Below are positions 38,251 through 50,629 of a stretch of DNA of 64,000 nt, in pieces. The position numbers and the translations under genes are program-made. The number at the start of each line of letters is the position of its first letter. Within the stretch, counting starts at the first letter, position 1. The DNA lies in contig NC_058368.1 in assembly GCF_018350175.1 (NCBI RefSeq), forward strand, positions 175,958,001 to 176,022,000, read 5' to 3'. The DNA comes from Felis catus (taxonomy: Eukaryota). Below the pieces are notes generated by a model. The model had not been told where the DNA came from. It searched no databases and saw only the letters and a list, made by a program, of their open reading frames with translations.

Positions 38251-39039
38251 CTCGAACTCCTGGTTTTCTCACATCTGGTCTTTCTCAAGACTTCACTATA
38301 CCTGGAACTCTGTAGGTATCCAAATGAAAAAACTGAACATGGAACTCTGATTCTATGGCTTGGCTCGGAACAAGCATGCCCGGCCTTTCCACTGGTGCAC
38401 AGGGGAAAGCAAAATGGATTTGATGACAACAAAATCCAGAAAGACGATCCAAGGTAGTAGGTGAAGGTGCTGCCCAAGAAAGGTCAGCCTGGCCAAGATC
38501 CCAAGTGGTGAACAACGAGGTAGAGAGAACATCAGCAATGCTGAGCCCGTGCAGAATCTCCCGTGAGAAGGGCATGTCCGTAGAGGAGGGAGGGCAAGGT
38601 GGCCCCCAGAAGAACTCACAAAGAGCCAACTGCAGGCAAGAAAAGAAGAGGAAACTCCGCTTTCACAAATGATGACCAAACTGGCTCTGCAGCTCAGCGT
38701 TCAGGGGCAGCAGAGAGCTAGCCCAGCATGCCCAGGGAAGTGGTAATGCCCCACACTTCCACTGGCAGGGCATGTAGGGAACCCAAAGGATTGCAAAACA
38801 GGACGCTTGAGGATCAAACCTAGTCTCGATGAGCAGAAGTTCCAGAACATGGTACAGAACATCTCCAGACGACACAAGAGGAGCCAGGGAGGGCTCGGTT
38901 AGGCCAAGTTCTACCAGAACTAATGGACAGCACCTGTTACAATGAAAATGGTTATCCTTCCCCCTTTCCATGAGAACTGTTTGGCTTTTGCTCTCAGGGG
39001 TTCAAAATTGTATCTGCAGTTCCTAAACCTCTTAAAAGA

Positions 39040-39547
39040 TGACACTATAATCCATAGGCTAAAATACACATCGCAGTGAAGAACACAACACCCCCTATGA
39101 AGTATTCCTGACAAAAATGAATGAATCCAATCAAGCCTTCAGACTTAAACTTCTAGGACACAGGAAACGCTGGGGACAGAAGAAGAGGTAAGGAAACACC
39201 ATGAGGAAACGCTAAGACGTTCAGAATGTGGGACTTGGTACCACTCGGTCAGCCTAGCCTCTTGTCATAGTAATTTCTGAAAAGGAGCGGGAGGCAGTAG
39301 ACTGTTCTAGAACGAGACTAACGTACACCAAGCAAAGGCAATGCAGAAATGCTGGCTGGATTCTAATCCCTACAAAATGAAAATCCCAGCCATGGAACCA
39401 TTTGGGCAGATAAACAGGGACACCGTAACGTAGATTGCATATTGGATGACATTAGGAAATTACTGTTGTTTCGGCATGATAATGATATTGTATATAAGGA
39501 GGAGTGCCTTCTTGATTTAGGAGACACATGCTGGAGTATTTAAGGTT
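39040..39547 (+). mobile_element. Old L1M 3' UTR fragment
   Basis: aatccaatcaagccttcagactt...attggatgacattaggaaattactgt...gagacacatgctggagtatttaagg. Confidence 0.6.
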
Positions 39548-40022
39548 TGTGCCAGTTAGTAAAATGCTGTCTCTTGACTCCAAACTCAGTACTCTATACT
39601 CGGCCCCCGATGCTAGATCTGGACTCTGCAAACCCTCTGACAGGCTCTGCCACTCAGCACAGCCTTCTCACCCTGGCACAAAGCACTTCTTGGCAGCTGC
39701 AGCCAGCGCCACACAGACACCAGCACCCTCCAGCCAGCCCCCCGCTCAGAGGTCTGGGTCCCAGCCCATGCTCAGAGGCCAGCACCAGCCCAAGCAGCCT
39801 CCCTGCCAGGCTTCTAGTTGAAGAATCCCAGGCTTTCCCCTTTATGCTGCCAGCCATGAAGATGGCTTCCTGAAATCGCCTCCTCCACGATTCCTCAGAC
39901 TTCTCTTCCTACTCTTGCAGTTCCCTGGTTATAAGTGTATACCTAGGTAAGTCATTCGAGTAAATTCCCTCTACTCAAATAGCAGGTGCGGCTTCTGTCT
40001 CCCAAATGGGTGAAGTGTCATA
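39548..40022 (+). mobile_element. ERVL solo LTR (LTR33-like)
   Basis: tgtgccagttagtaa...ctcttgactccaaa...ggactctgcaaacc...taaattccctctactcaaatagcaggtgcggcttctgtctcc. Confidence 0.65.
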
Positions 40023-40056
40023 ACGTTTGCAACTTGCTTTAAAAAGAGTCAGCCAA

Positions 40057-40270
40057 GGGGCGCCTGGGTGGCGCAGTCGGTTAAGCGTCCGACTTCAGCC
40101 AGGTCACGATCTCGCGGTCCGGGAGTTCGAGCCCCGCGTCGGGCTCTGGGCTGATGGCTCGGAGCCTGGAGCCTGTTTCCGATTCTGTGTCTCCCTCTCT
40201 CTCTGCCCCTCCCCTGTTCATGCTCTGTCTCTCTCTGTCCCAAAAATAAATAAACGTTGAAAAAAAAAAT
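40057..40270 (+). mobile_element. Young CAN-SINE (SINEC_Fc)
   Basis: 19-bp TSD tttaaaaagagtcagccaa at 40038-40056 / 40271-40289. Confidence 0.96.
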
Positions 40271-40794
40271 TTTAAAAAGAGTCAGCCAAACTGAAAAAAT
40301 AAAGACACACAGATCTATGTGTGTATACATATAACAGACACACAGGTACACAAATTCACACGGGGACAAAGGAACTAGAGACAAAACTGTGGAATCCAGG
40401 TGACGAATGAATGAATCTAGCAGCGTTCATATGAGACCTTCAACGCTTCTGTGAGCTTCAAATCTGTCGTATTAAAAGGCTGGAAAAAAAGAATAAGAAT
40501 CCCTAAATCATGGTATTGTTATGAGAAGTAAGTCGAGATATCAATTAGGAAAAAAAATTACTATGCCGTTTTCCCAAGTACGTCTGCAGCCCCAAAAGCC
40601 GTTTACCCTGTGAAAGGTCCAGGTCCTGCCAGTTAGGTTCCTCTCCTCTCCTTGACAGAGAAAGTACACGGATGTGTGAGCAGTAAACCAGTGTGTGCCC
40701 CCAGGTGCTGTACCTGAAGTCGCCCACAAAGACCCTGACTGGGCAGAGAATCCGGGCCTGGGGGACTTTCACACAGGATGCCCCAAATCATTCT

Positions 40795-41024
40795 TTTTTT
40801 TTTTTTTTAATTTTTTTTTTTTAACGTTTATTTTATTTTTGAGACAGAGAGAGACAGAGCATGAACGGGGGAAGGTCAGAGAGAGGGAGACACAGAATCT
40901 GAAACAGGCTCCAGGCTCTGAGCTGTCCGCACAGAGCCCGACGCGGGGCTCGAACTCACGGACCGCGAGATCGTGACCTGAGCCGAAGTCGGCCGCTCAA
41001 CCCACTGAGCCACCCAGGCGCCCC
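40795..41024 (-). mobile_element. CAN-SINE
   Basis: TSD aaatcattct on both flanks. Confidence 0.95.
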
Positions 41025-41304
41025 AAAATCATTCTGAGAGAAAAGAATCTGCGTCTTTATCAAAGAGGAAGAGGACCTTCCACAAACTCCTCTGACAAAT
41101 CACTTGAAGAGTGATGAGAGTCCCGGTCGGTCCCAAACCTCCAACCTAAATCCCCCCATGCTCCAGATGAAATCCCTTCCTCTTGCCCTTTCCCCTCACA
41201 GAGCCCCTTTTTCTATGAAAGAAGGTCTTGCCTCCACCCTATTAAATTACCCTGCACCTGTCCCTCAGCAGAACACCACCGAGACCCCGTAACCACCTTC
41301 ATTG

Positions 41305-41430
41305 TTTTCTTTTTTTAAGTCTTTTGATCCAGTTTTATTGAGATATAATTGGCATATAACAATACATTAGTCTGAGGCATACAACATAGTGATCTGATAT
41401 ACGTACAGATTGCAAAATGATCACGGTAAG
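41305..41430 (-). mobile_element. Short L1 3' end
   Basis: cagttttattgagatataattggcatataaca...acaacatagtgatctgatat. Confidence 0.7.
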
Positions 41431-42059
41431 ATGTTCTTTCTTCAGCAGTCTCTTGCTTTTCCTCCGAGCCTCTAACCACGGGGCCACGATGAAAGGCTGG
41501 CCTCTCGTCTAGTCCTGACCCTACACACCCGTCGTGCTGGGGTTTCCACCTCACATTTCCGGGTGGAGTTTTGTTTGCTTGATATCACTGAACGATCAAT
41601 CTGTTTCCCACCGCAGGTCATTTAGTCTGTACTCGTTCCTTCATCAGCTGCTCCCTCACTTGATCTGATTTTTGGTGAGCACAGTTGGTTTTACCACCTA
41701 AGAAAAACATCTGGCTACCTCAGCCCCGGTTCGGTTTCACTCAGACAAGGAAGGTGTGTGTGAATTCTAAAATGACCTTAAAATAGAAGGTGGGGAGCTG
41801 CCCTCCCATCTCTTCCAAAGCTTGTCACAGGGATGACCATGAAAGAGGCAGCACCAGGAGAAATAGCAGGGCCCCACCCCAGGAAAGTGGGGGATCCAAA
41901 GTCTACGACCAGTTGGCCCTCACTGCTCTGTGGTTAGCTCTGTTGTTTCCTACGTCTGAAACGGCTTCTCTGTCTTGCCTACCTCCTAACAGCCTTGTCA
42001 TCTAGTGAGGTCTGGCTCAACTGTTAGATCCCTCATAAAGCTTTCTCTATTTCCTCTGA

Positions 42060-44370
42060 CGAGAGGACAAATGGCCAGTCAACACATGAAAGGTGCTCAC
42101 CCTCACAATCAAGAAAATGAACATTAAAACAATACAACAACACTCTTCACCACTGAAATTATGTAAAAACAAAATATTGGGCAACACCAGGCCTGAGAAA
42201 GGGTGTGGAAAAATAAAGACTTTCATATCCTGTTTACTGGGCTCTCTACATTGGCGGAGCCACTGTGGAGAATAAATTGGCTGTATGTAGTAAAATTTTA
42301 AACGTACACACCTTGTGAACAAGCAATTCCACTTCTCCGCACTCACCCTTGGAGAGGTACTCCGTACACAAATGCACACAGAGAACTGACAAGAATATTC
42401 TTTGAGAGTTGTTTAAATAGGGACAAGTTGGAAGCCACCTAAGTATCCATCAATAGGGCAACCGATAAATAAACTACTATGCCGTCATTCTGTGAGATAC
42501 CAGGCAATAGTTAAAAGAATATAGTAGATAGAGACGATGAGACCCAATGGCATTGAGCACACTAGTGTGCAGATCTTGGTCTATCATACTATTCCCTATT
42601 AAAAGAGACCAAGGTTCCTTGGAGAAATGGCTCAATCTGGGGCAATCTGGGGCTGAGACAGGGTAGGTACAAGATGAGCCTGGAACATTTTGTAACGCCA
42701 GAAAGTAAAAAAGTACTCAAAAAATGATGGGTACATGTCACAAGGACACAGGAAGGGACTTCCACTGGCCAAATCTGAGACATTTTGAGCGCCAAAATAA
42801 TTAAGGAAAGTAACAGATAGACCATTAAAAAATTAGAACCCATGAGTCCACAATAAATAGGTAAACAAATACATAAGGGGAAAAGGAGGACCCTGCCAAG
42901 CCCATTGGTGTATGTGGAGGGGTTGTTACAGCTGGCTAATCATCATTTTGCAGCCATCTTAATAAATATTGGCTCAGGCAAGAATCATTAGTGGATGCTA
43001 AGTCTGGGAAGAAATGCTGATGGAGAGCAGGCTATTTGCCTGGTCTTAAGGGTCTTCCAACAGAATGCATATTCGTTTCAAGGGGGAAAAAAACAGCACC
43101 TTTAAAGGAGACAAATCAGGGGCGCCTGGGTGGTGCAGTCGGTTAAGCGTCCGACTTCAGCCAGGTCACGATCTCGCCGTCCGTGAGTTCGAGCCCCGCG
43201 TCTGGCTCTGGGCTGATGGCTCGGAGCCTGGAGCCTGTTTCCGATTCTGTGTCTCCCTCTCTCTCTGCCCCTCCCCCGTTCATGCTCTGTCTCTCTCTGT
43301 CCCAAAATAAATAAAAAACGTTGAAAAAAAAATTTTTAAAGGAGACAAATCAGACAACACCTTAACCAGGTGATCAAAATTAGCATCACCAACGAGGGCC
43401 GAGCAGACATTGTGAGGGGGCAGATGTAGCACCTGAAAAGGACCTATAGAATATTCTGGCTGAAAATGCATGCCTTGAATCTAATAATCTAATCCTAAGA
43501 GAACACTGGAGAACCCAAAATAAGAAACAGTCCATTCCATAAAAAGCGCTTGTAGTCTTCAAAAGCGTCAATAGGATAAAATACAAAGAAAGCCTGTAAA
43601 AATGTTCCATGCTAACAAAAGAACGAAAAGACACGACAACGAAGAACAGTATCTCATCCTAGACGGCATCGTAGATTGCAGGGAGGAGTACTACAAACGA
43701 CAGGATTCGATTAATTGCCGGAAGAAATGGAATATAGGTGGTGACTACCATCTACCAATATTACATCTAGAGAAGGTGATAACTACCATGGCTTTTTAAG
43801 AGAATATCTTTACTCTTAGGAAATCCACAGTGAAGCATTTAGGGGGAAAGGAGTATAATAACAGTACCTACTCTCAAGTGATTCAGAAAAGAAAACTGCA
43901 TTATATGTATAATGTGTGTGTATAGACATTATACACACACACACACACACACACACATATAGCAGACAGGGCAAAACATTAAAAGGTATTTGAAGATCTT
44001 TGAACTATTCGTATTATTCTTGCAACTTTTACATTTCAAAATAAGAAGCTATTGCTTCAAAAGGAAGAGTGGTTTAAAAAAAAGAGTGATGTAGCTATGT
44101 GTACTTGCATAGAAAGAGCTCCGAACATACTGATAAGTGGGGGAAAAAATGGGCAAGATAATGCACTCAGTGGGATACTTCCCATATTACATCCATTTGT
44201 GCGTTAAGTGATGCACAGAGAAAGGTCTGGAGGAACACACCCCAATGTATCGTATGGTTTACCCTTGAGAAAGGGGAAGAGGAGACCAGCACAGCAGCTA
44301 TACGTTAGCTTATCTGCAGCAACGTTTTCACTTTTTATGAGTGCATTTATGAATTGGTCACATAACTAGA
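42060..44370 (+). mobile_element. Old L1M fragments (ORF2 3' end plus L1MC-type 3' UTR), interrupted by a SINE and (CA)n
   Basis: aaatggccagtcaacacatgaaaggtgctcacc...caagcaattccacttct...gttccttggagaaatggct...caccttaaccaggtgatcaaaattagcatcacc. Confidence 0.75.
43119..43334 (+). mobile_element. Young CAN-SINE (SINEC_Fc)
   Basis: 18-bp TSD tttaaaggagacaaatca at 43101-43118 / 43335-43352. Confidence 0.96.
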
Positions 44371-44539
44371 AATAACTTTTTTTAGAGGGGAAAGTTGCCC
44401 TCCTCTCAGTTCCCTCCAGTGACAAAGATCACGGGTCAGGTTTTCTGAGACAACACTCATTTAAATGGTGGAGCCCACTCTAATATTTGACAGTCTCTGA
44501 AACGATCTGGCCTTGGGATCTGGGAAATCTGATCAGGAA

Positions 44540-44720
44540 ATGGCAGCAGTGTGAGGTGTCTGGAAAGACCCTGGGCTTCAGGGTCAGACAGAGCTAGTTT
44601 GAAGCCTTGCCTCCATCATTCACTGAGAGTACATTATCGGGCAAGAGACAGACCTCTCTAAACCTCCATTCCTCTATCTGGAGAAAGGAAACATAATACC
44701 ACAGAGCAGAGTTGGTGAGC
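44540..44720 (+). mobile_element. MIR
   Basis: ggaaagaccctgggcttcagggtcagacagagctagtttgaagcc...aacctccattcctctatctg. Confidence 0.6.
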
Positions 44721-45169
44721 CTTGGGTACAGGGTACATACTTGCGGGTCGTAGCATACACATAAAACACCAAGCCCCTCCTGGGGCTGGCACAGAGCATC
44801 TTTCGATTGTCACTCATCTGACCTCTTTTTTGTGATTTGTTTGCATGCACTCTTGCCCTGTGAGCCCAGACGCTCTTTAAGGAAGGGTCCATCCATTACT
44901 CATTTCTCTCCTTCCAACTATGCCTCCTAGGACATTGTGCACTGGCACCTGGCAAACATTTGGTGGGAGGAAACATGAACCTTGTCACAGAAAATCTAGA
45001 GCAACACGTAAGTACGCTTTGAGGCCCCAGGTTTGCGTTAGAATTCTCCAGTGCAAGTACACACAGTCTCTGAAGTCACTGTATAGAAATCTCTAAATGC
45101 CAAGAAGATGAAGAGGTGACCGATGACCCTACATATTCCTGATCAGTGGGGGTGAAAGAGCACTGTGAT

Positions 45170-45430
45170 AGTAATATCCAGTAATAGATGTTATTTTTTT
45201 TTTAATGTCACACGGTCAAAAATGTTTGGGAAATGCCATTAGACAAAACAGGCTCGTGTACTACAGGACTTATCAGTGCCAATGCATGTCATGAATACCC
45301 AACAGACAATATAATTTGGAGTATCTCCCAAGTTTATTTGACTATAAAACATCCCCCCCACCTTTTTTTTTTTTTTTTTTTTGAATCTCAAGGCCTACAT
45401 CCCATAGAACAGGCTTTGGAAAACGCTGCT
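45170..45430. mobile_element. hAT-Charlie remnant (Charlie4-like)
   Basis: ggtcaaaaatgtttgggaaatgc...tctcccaagtttatttgact...ctttggaaaacgctg. Confidence 0.5.
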
Positions 45431-45812
45431 TGAAGCTGTTTCTCCACTGTCAGTACATGGTAAGAATAATATTTAGTGGAAACTTAACAATATAACTTGC
45501 TCACCTAACCCAAGAGGGAAAAGGAATAAAGTAAACCAAGAGCTTAAGGGTTGCTATCAATTCCCCTCTTATTCCTCCTCTTCCTTTTTTCCCTTCTAAT
45601 CCAAGGAACGTGTGCGAAAAATCAGTTACGACTCCAAATCTAAAAATAAAGACCCCAGTATTATCATTGAAGTCATTCGGCTTCACTTACTCCAGCCTGT
45701 TCAATTCTACTCATCAATGGATTAGACAAATGGCTGAAGGAACCAGGGTCCTACTATGGCCAACTCATGGGCCACGTGTAGAAATGTTTGTCTCTACACG
45801 GCCAAGTGGAAT

Positions 45813-46032
45813 TTTTTTTTTCTTTCAACGTTTTTTTTTGGGGGGGGGGGACAGAGAGAGACAGAGCATGAACGGGGGAGGGGCAGAGAGAGAGGGAGAC
45901 ACAGAATCGGAAACAGGCTCCAGGCTCCGAGCCATCAGCCCAGAGCCCGACGCGGGGCTCGAACTCACGGACGGCGAGATCGTGACCTGGCTGAAGTCGG
46001 ACGCTTAACCGACTGCGCCACCCAGGCGCCCC
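45813..46032 (-). mobile_element. Young CAN-SINE (SINEC_Fc)
   Basis: TSD ccaagtggaat at 45802-45812 / 46033-46043. Confidence 0.95.
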
Positions 46033-46757
46033 CCAAGTGGAATATTTAAGCAAATGTTTGATAGGATCAGGCTGAGACAGCAGCTGCCTTGCTCATTATG
46101 ACCTTAAAATTAGACACTGTGACCGTCCAAATTATCTCCTTTTCATTGATTACACCAGAGTAACAGAAATCTGTTATCATAACCCATCCAGTATCTATGC
46201 CTGCTTTTTCCGGTAACAAAGCACTTTGTTTATGGACAGTGCATTCTTCCCCTCTCGCCTCCCCCCACCTCCCCCTACTGCTTACAGTCTTGACGGGCCT
46301 ACGATTCCAGGAACTCTGTGTTCCCTTGCCCAAGGAGTGGGTACTGGACCCAAGACAGGTCAATGAGACCCTCTCCCACGCAGGAATTCTGAGGCTAGAG
46401 TCGAATAATACAAGACCCGAAAAGGTTAGGCTTAATGGACTTAGCAGTTAAGCCCCAGGAAACAGCATTTCAGTTCGGCTGCCCAGGTCCCCAGCATTGC
46501 CCCAGTTCCCCTCCTTTGCATGACTCAGGCACTCAGGCTTTGCTTTTGACCCAGTGAGTGCACTCAATGTCCTGTGGATAAATTCCCAGAGTATTTCTAG
46601 AACTTGCAGCTGAAGGGCCTGCCCAATACACTGAGCAAAAACCACCCCAGCAAGTTCCTACCCACTGTCCCCAGATAATCACTGGACTTAAAATCTGAAA
46701 GTGACCTGAAAGCTTCCCAAATATGGCCGAACCTCCTCATTTAAAAATAAATAAATA

Positions 46758-47040
46758 GGGGCGCCTGGGTGGCTCAGTCGGTTAAGCATCCGACTTCGGC
46801 TCAGGTCATGATCTTGTGGTTCATGAGTTCGAGCCCCGCGTCGGGCTCTGTGCTGACAGCTCGGAGCCTGGAGCCTATTTCAGATTCTGTGTCTCCCCCT
46901 CTCTCTCTGCCCCTCCCCCGCTCATGCTCTGTCTCTCTCTGTCTGTCAAAAATAAATAAAACATTAAAAAATTTTTAATTAAAAATAAATAAAATAAAAT
47001 AAAATAAAATAAAATAAAATAAAATAAAATAAAATAAAAT
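46758..47040 (+). mobile_element. CAN-SINE with expanded (AAAAT)n tail
   Basis: SINEC body; ~10 AAAAT units. Confidence 0.95.
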
Positions 47041-48454
47041 AGGACACTGTTATCTTGAAAGGTTAGGCAACACAGCCAGTGTCCTTCAGTACATCAGAGG
47101 TGATCCGGTTTCCCACCTGCCTGTATTTCCGGAGCAGATGCCCAAACAATCTCCATTTTCTGTGCAGACACAACCTAAGCTACGCTGGTGAGAAGGTCTG
47201 AATTGTGACTATTTTTCCTCACCGCTTGTGCCAGAACTAGCCCTCCACCGCCACTTATCAAATGCTGCCCGAGAGTATGTGCATCCTTGAAATAGTCCAG
47301 GGAGCATCTGCATCTCCCCAAAAATGTTCACAGCCTGCCATTCGTCACAGCCCTTCGGCTCCGGGTTCCCGAGCCTCCCGCCTTCAGCGGGGAGCTCCAA
47401 GTATGGAGCGTGGCGGTTCCCACTGCAGGGCTCTTGTCAGCGGCTCACCGGGGATCGCAACGCCAAGCCAAGGACGTTCTATTCTGAGTGTGGCCCCAGT
47501 ATGTTTCATTTCATCTGCAAAGCACGAGTCTATTCTGGAGAGAGATGTTTTGGGCACATTCGTAGTAGCTAACGAGCAGTGCTTCCTTATATGCAGAACA
47601 CAAAATCCTCCCATAAAAACCTGACCCGATTGCCAGCGTGGCGTTTCAAATGAACAGACTTACCCCTAAAATTACCTCCCCGGAATGGCCAAATCTGCAC
47701 ACCTCCGAGTCACGGGCTGAAACAGCGGTACGGAGACTCCAAGTATCAGACTGCGGTGATCTTTGGGGAACAGCCCGAGACCAAAGCCTCCGCTGTTCTC
47801 TGTTGAGCCGGAGGTCTTCCCTGGTCACCACGCACAAAATTCCAGATCTGTGGCCTTTGGAAAGGCAATGACAAAGAAGAGCCGGCCCAACTTCTTCCCT
47901 ACAGGGCTGTCATCTTCCCCACAGGGCTTCCAGAGACTTGCTTACGCTCTTCAAGGGAGTCAAGAAGCATGCTGCCCTCCCCATCCCCAGCTGGCCAGCC
48001 TTGGGCCTTTTCTCCAGTGCTCCCTGTGTTCTGCATGACCTCTGTGTCCTTCTTCATTTCAGAAGGCATTTGCCAAGCCCCACCTGCCTCTCCACCTCTC
48101 AAACCGAGCCAGGTACCTATAGCCCATCGCATCCCAGGGCCCCCCTCTGTAACAGAACCCCATCACGTGGCTGTTTCAGTGCCATTTACAGGACTCTGTC
48201 CCCCAATGGATGACCCTGGGAGTGAGGTCTGGAGTGCACCGGCATCCACGACCCCAGTGCCCACCACAGCACCGCACCCACAGGAGGCGCTCAACAAAGA
48301 GAACAGACCTGAAGACACAAGAGCACTGCGAGCATGATGGCCACAGTCCCCAGCCCCGGGTGGAAGCAACCCTGCCTACACCAGACCCACCCTGCTTACA
48401 CATGGACAGAGTCTGCCAAAACGCTGGAACAAGTGATCGCTTCGAAGGCTGTAG

Positions 48455-48660
48455 AGACCAGCATTTGAGATCAAGACTTCTAGAATCAGACAGCTGGGTT
48501 CAAATCTTGCCCCCACTACCTACAAGCTCTATGAAGAAACGAGTTAGCCTCCTGATGCCTCAATTAACTAATCTGTAAAATGGGGATAATTATAATACAA
48601 CATCACAGACTGTTACAAAGAAAAGTGAGTCAATCTCTGCAAAACACTCAGTGCCTTCCC
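48455..48660 (+). mobile_element. MIR
   Basis: ctagaatcagacagctgggttcaaatc...atctgtaaaatggggataat. Confidence 0.75.
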
Positions 48661-48689
48661 TACCTAAGTATCAGGGGTCTTCCTAGATG

Positions 48690-48900
48690 CAACTTACGTA
48701 TGATACTGTGTACGTGAAAGGTATACAACGTGTGGATTTCATACATTTCTATACTACAGTGTGATTACCACTGTGGCTTTAGCTAACATCTCTAGCAGGT
48801 CACATAACCGTCATCTCTCTATTGTGGTAAGAACACTTGGGATCCGGTCTCTTAGCAATTTTGAAGTACAGAACACAGCATTGTTGACAAAAATCGCGAT
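48690..48900 (-). mobile_element. L1 3' end (L1MA-like)
   Basis: ggtatacaacgtgtggattt...gtggtaagaacacttgggatcc...tcttagcaattttgaagtaca. Confidence 0.7.
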
Positions 48901-48909
48901 ACCTAATAC

Positions 48910-49350
48910 GGTTTAGGTGGTCCCCACACATAGCCTTAAGTAACATGAAATCAAGACATTATTTTGTTCTCGATTCTCTTTCACATTTTTTGATTGTATC
49001 AAGGAAAAAGTCACAGTTTAACGCGGAAATGACTTTAACACATCTCTAAGACTTGTTGTCTCTCCCTCTTCACAGAGAGAAAGCAGGTCCCCGGCTCAAG
49101 TTTCTCGTGGGCAGAGCTAGCTGACATTAACTGATTGTGCCTTTGTTGTATTATTATTATCATTTAATGGCCATTGACACTGGTTTTCTATTTACGATGA
49201 TGGTATAAACTTCCCACATCAAATGTCTATCGATGTTAAACAGTGAGATTTGAAAGAAAATAAGAAGTAACAGTATCAGTTGCAAACATACTGTGGCAGA
49301 AATCACGGAGGTGAGATGTATCCAAATGCCTCGAGTGTGAAAGATACTGA
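48910..49350. mobile_element. hAT-Charlie remnant (MER113-like)
   Basis: tttaggtggtcccc...tggttttctatttacgatgatggtataaacttccc. Confidence 0.4.
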
Positions 49351-50629
49351 CTGATAGACACCAAGGGGGGGGGTGGGGTCTGGAAGCAGAAGTCTCACTA
49401 GCATGCACCGTGCCCAGGGAGCACTCGGGAAGCGGACCAACGGCCAAGTCCTGCCTCCAGAGGAAGCTGAGACCTCAAAGTGCCCGCCTGTGACTGAACA
49501 CAGCCCAAGATGGCAGACGCTGTTGAACGTGGAGACGGGTCCCCTGGTCACAGGCGCGAGCAGAGGTCAGCACTAGGCAGAGCAGCTCGGGAAGCTCCGT
49601 GGTAGGGACGAGTCTGCTGGAGGGAGAATGGGCCGGCGGTCCTCAGCATCTACCGCGAGGCCAGGATTCTCAGCGAGAGAAAAACACACTTTACCAATCA
49701 CCAAGGGAGGATGGGGCAAAAACCCAGAGGACTCCCAGGAATCCAGGGGCTCCCGCATGCCCTGCCACCCATGCAGCTGAGGGCAAGCGCTGGAAGGAAG
49801 AAGCTCTGGGTGGAAAAGAAACCCGCTGGGCCTTTCCAAGCAGTGTTGCGAAACAACTCGGTGGCATCTTGTGGCAAACGGGAGACTCAGCTCAAGCTAC
49901 GATCCCATGGTTTTCTTTGCGTTTTTGGCTCATCTATTTGGGATGTTCGTTGGAGGGGAGCATCAGTAAATAGGTCCAGCTTGCTTTTCAAGCCAGTTGT
50001 GTTCCCTTTCCCTGTGAGTCATAGGCCGGGCTCACCCACAGACACAGACAGCCCTCTCACTGTCCTCTGGCCGGCTGGCCACCAAAACCATGCCCTGGGT
50101 GTGCACGGGGAGGGGTGGGGGCAGAGGACTCACTCTGCCTCCACCCTCAACCAGCATGGGTAACGAGACAGAGGCCAGTGCTCTGGGAGCTCCCTCTCTC
50201 ATTGTCTCTCGAGTGAGGGAGTTATGGGAGTAACTAGTTCTAGAACAGTAGCAGCCACTCCCCCTTAAGGGCCTGCTCTGCGTTGGGCACATTATCTCCA
50301 TCCTCACAAGAAACTCTCCATCTTACCCGTGAGAGAGCTCAGACAGACAAAATGGCAAGCGGCCAGGAAGTGACACAAGCTGTTTCATAGACTCAGGTCT
50401 CTGTGTCTCAGAGCCCACACTCTTGCCTTCCCACTGCCCGCCCCCGCCCCCCCCCCCCCCGCCACTGCCCTACAAGGAAATGAGTGCCATAATGGTGCCT
50501 TCCAGAGTGTCAGGAGAACACGGATTTAACTCCGCCAGGGGAACAAGGGAAGGCTCCTTGGAGAGGGCAATATTTGGGCTGAGACCTTAAAGACAAGTAA
50601 GGACTTTGTTGAGGAAACAAAATAGACCA

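Noticed and set aside
40057..40140. tRNA-like A/B box sequence
   Set aside because: Head of a tRNA-derived CAN-SINE, not a tRNA gene; the same applies to all SINE copies and their recurrent ORFs.
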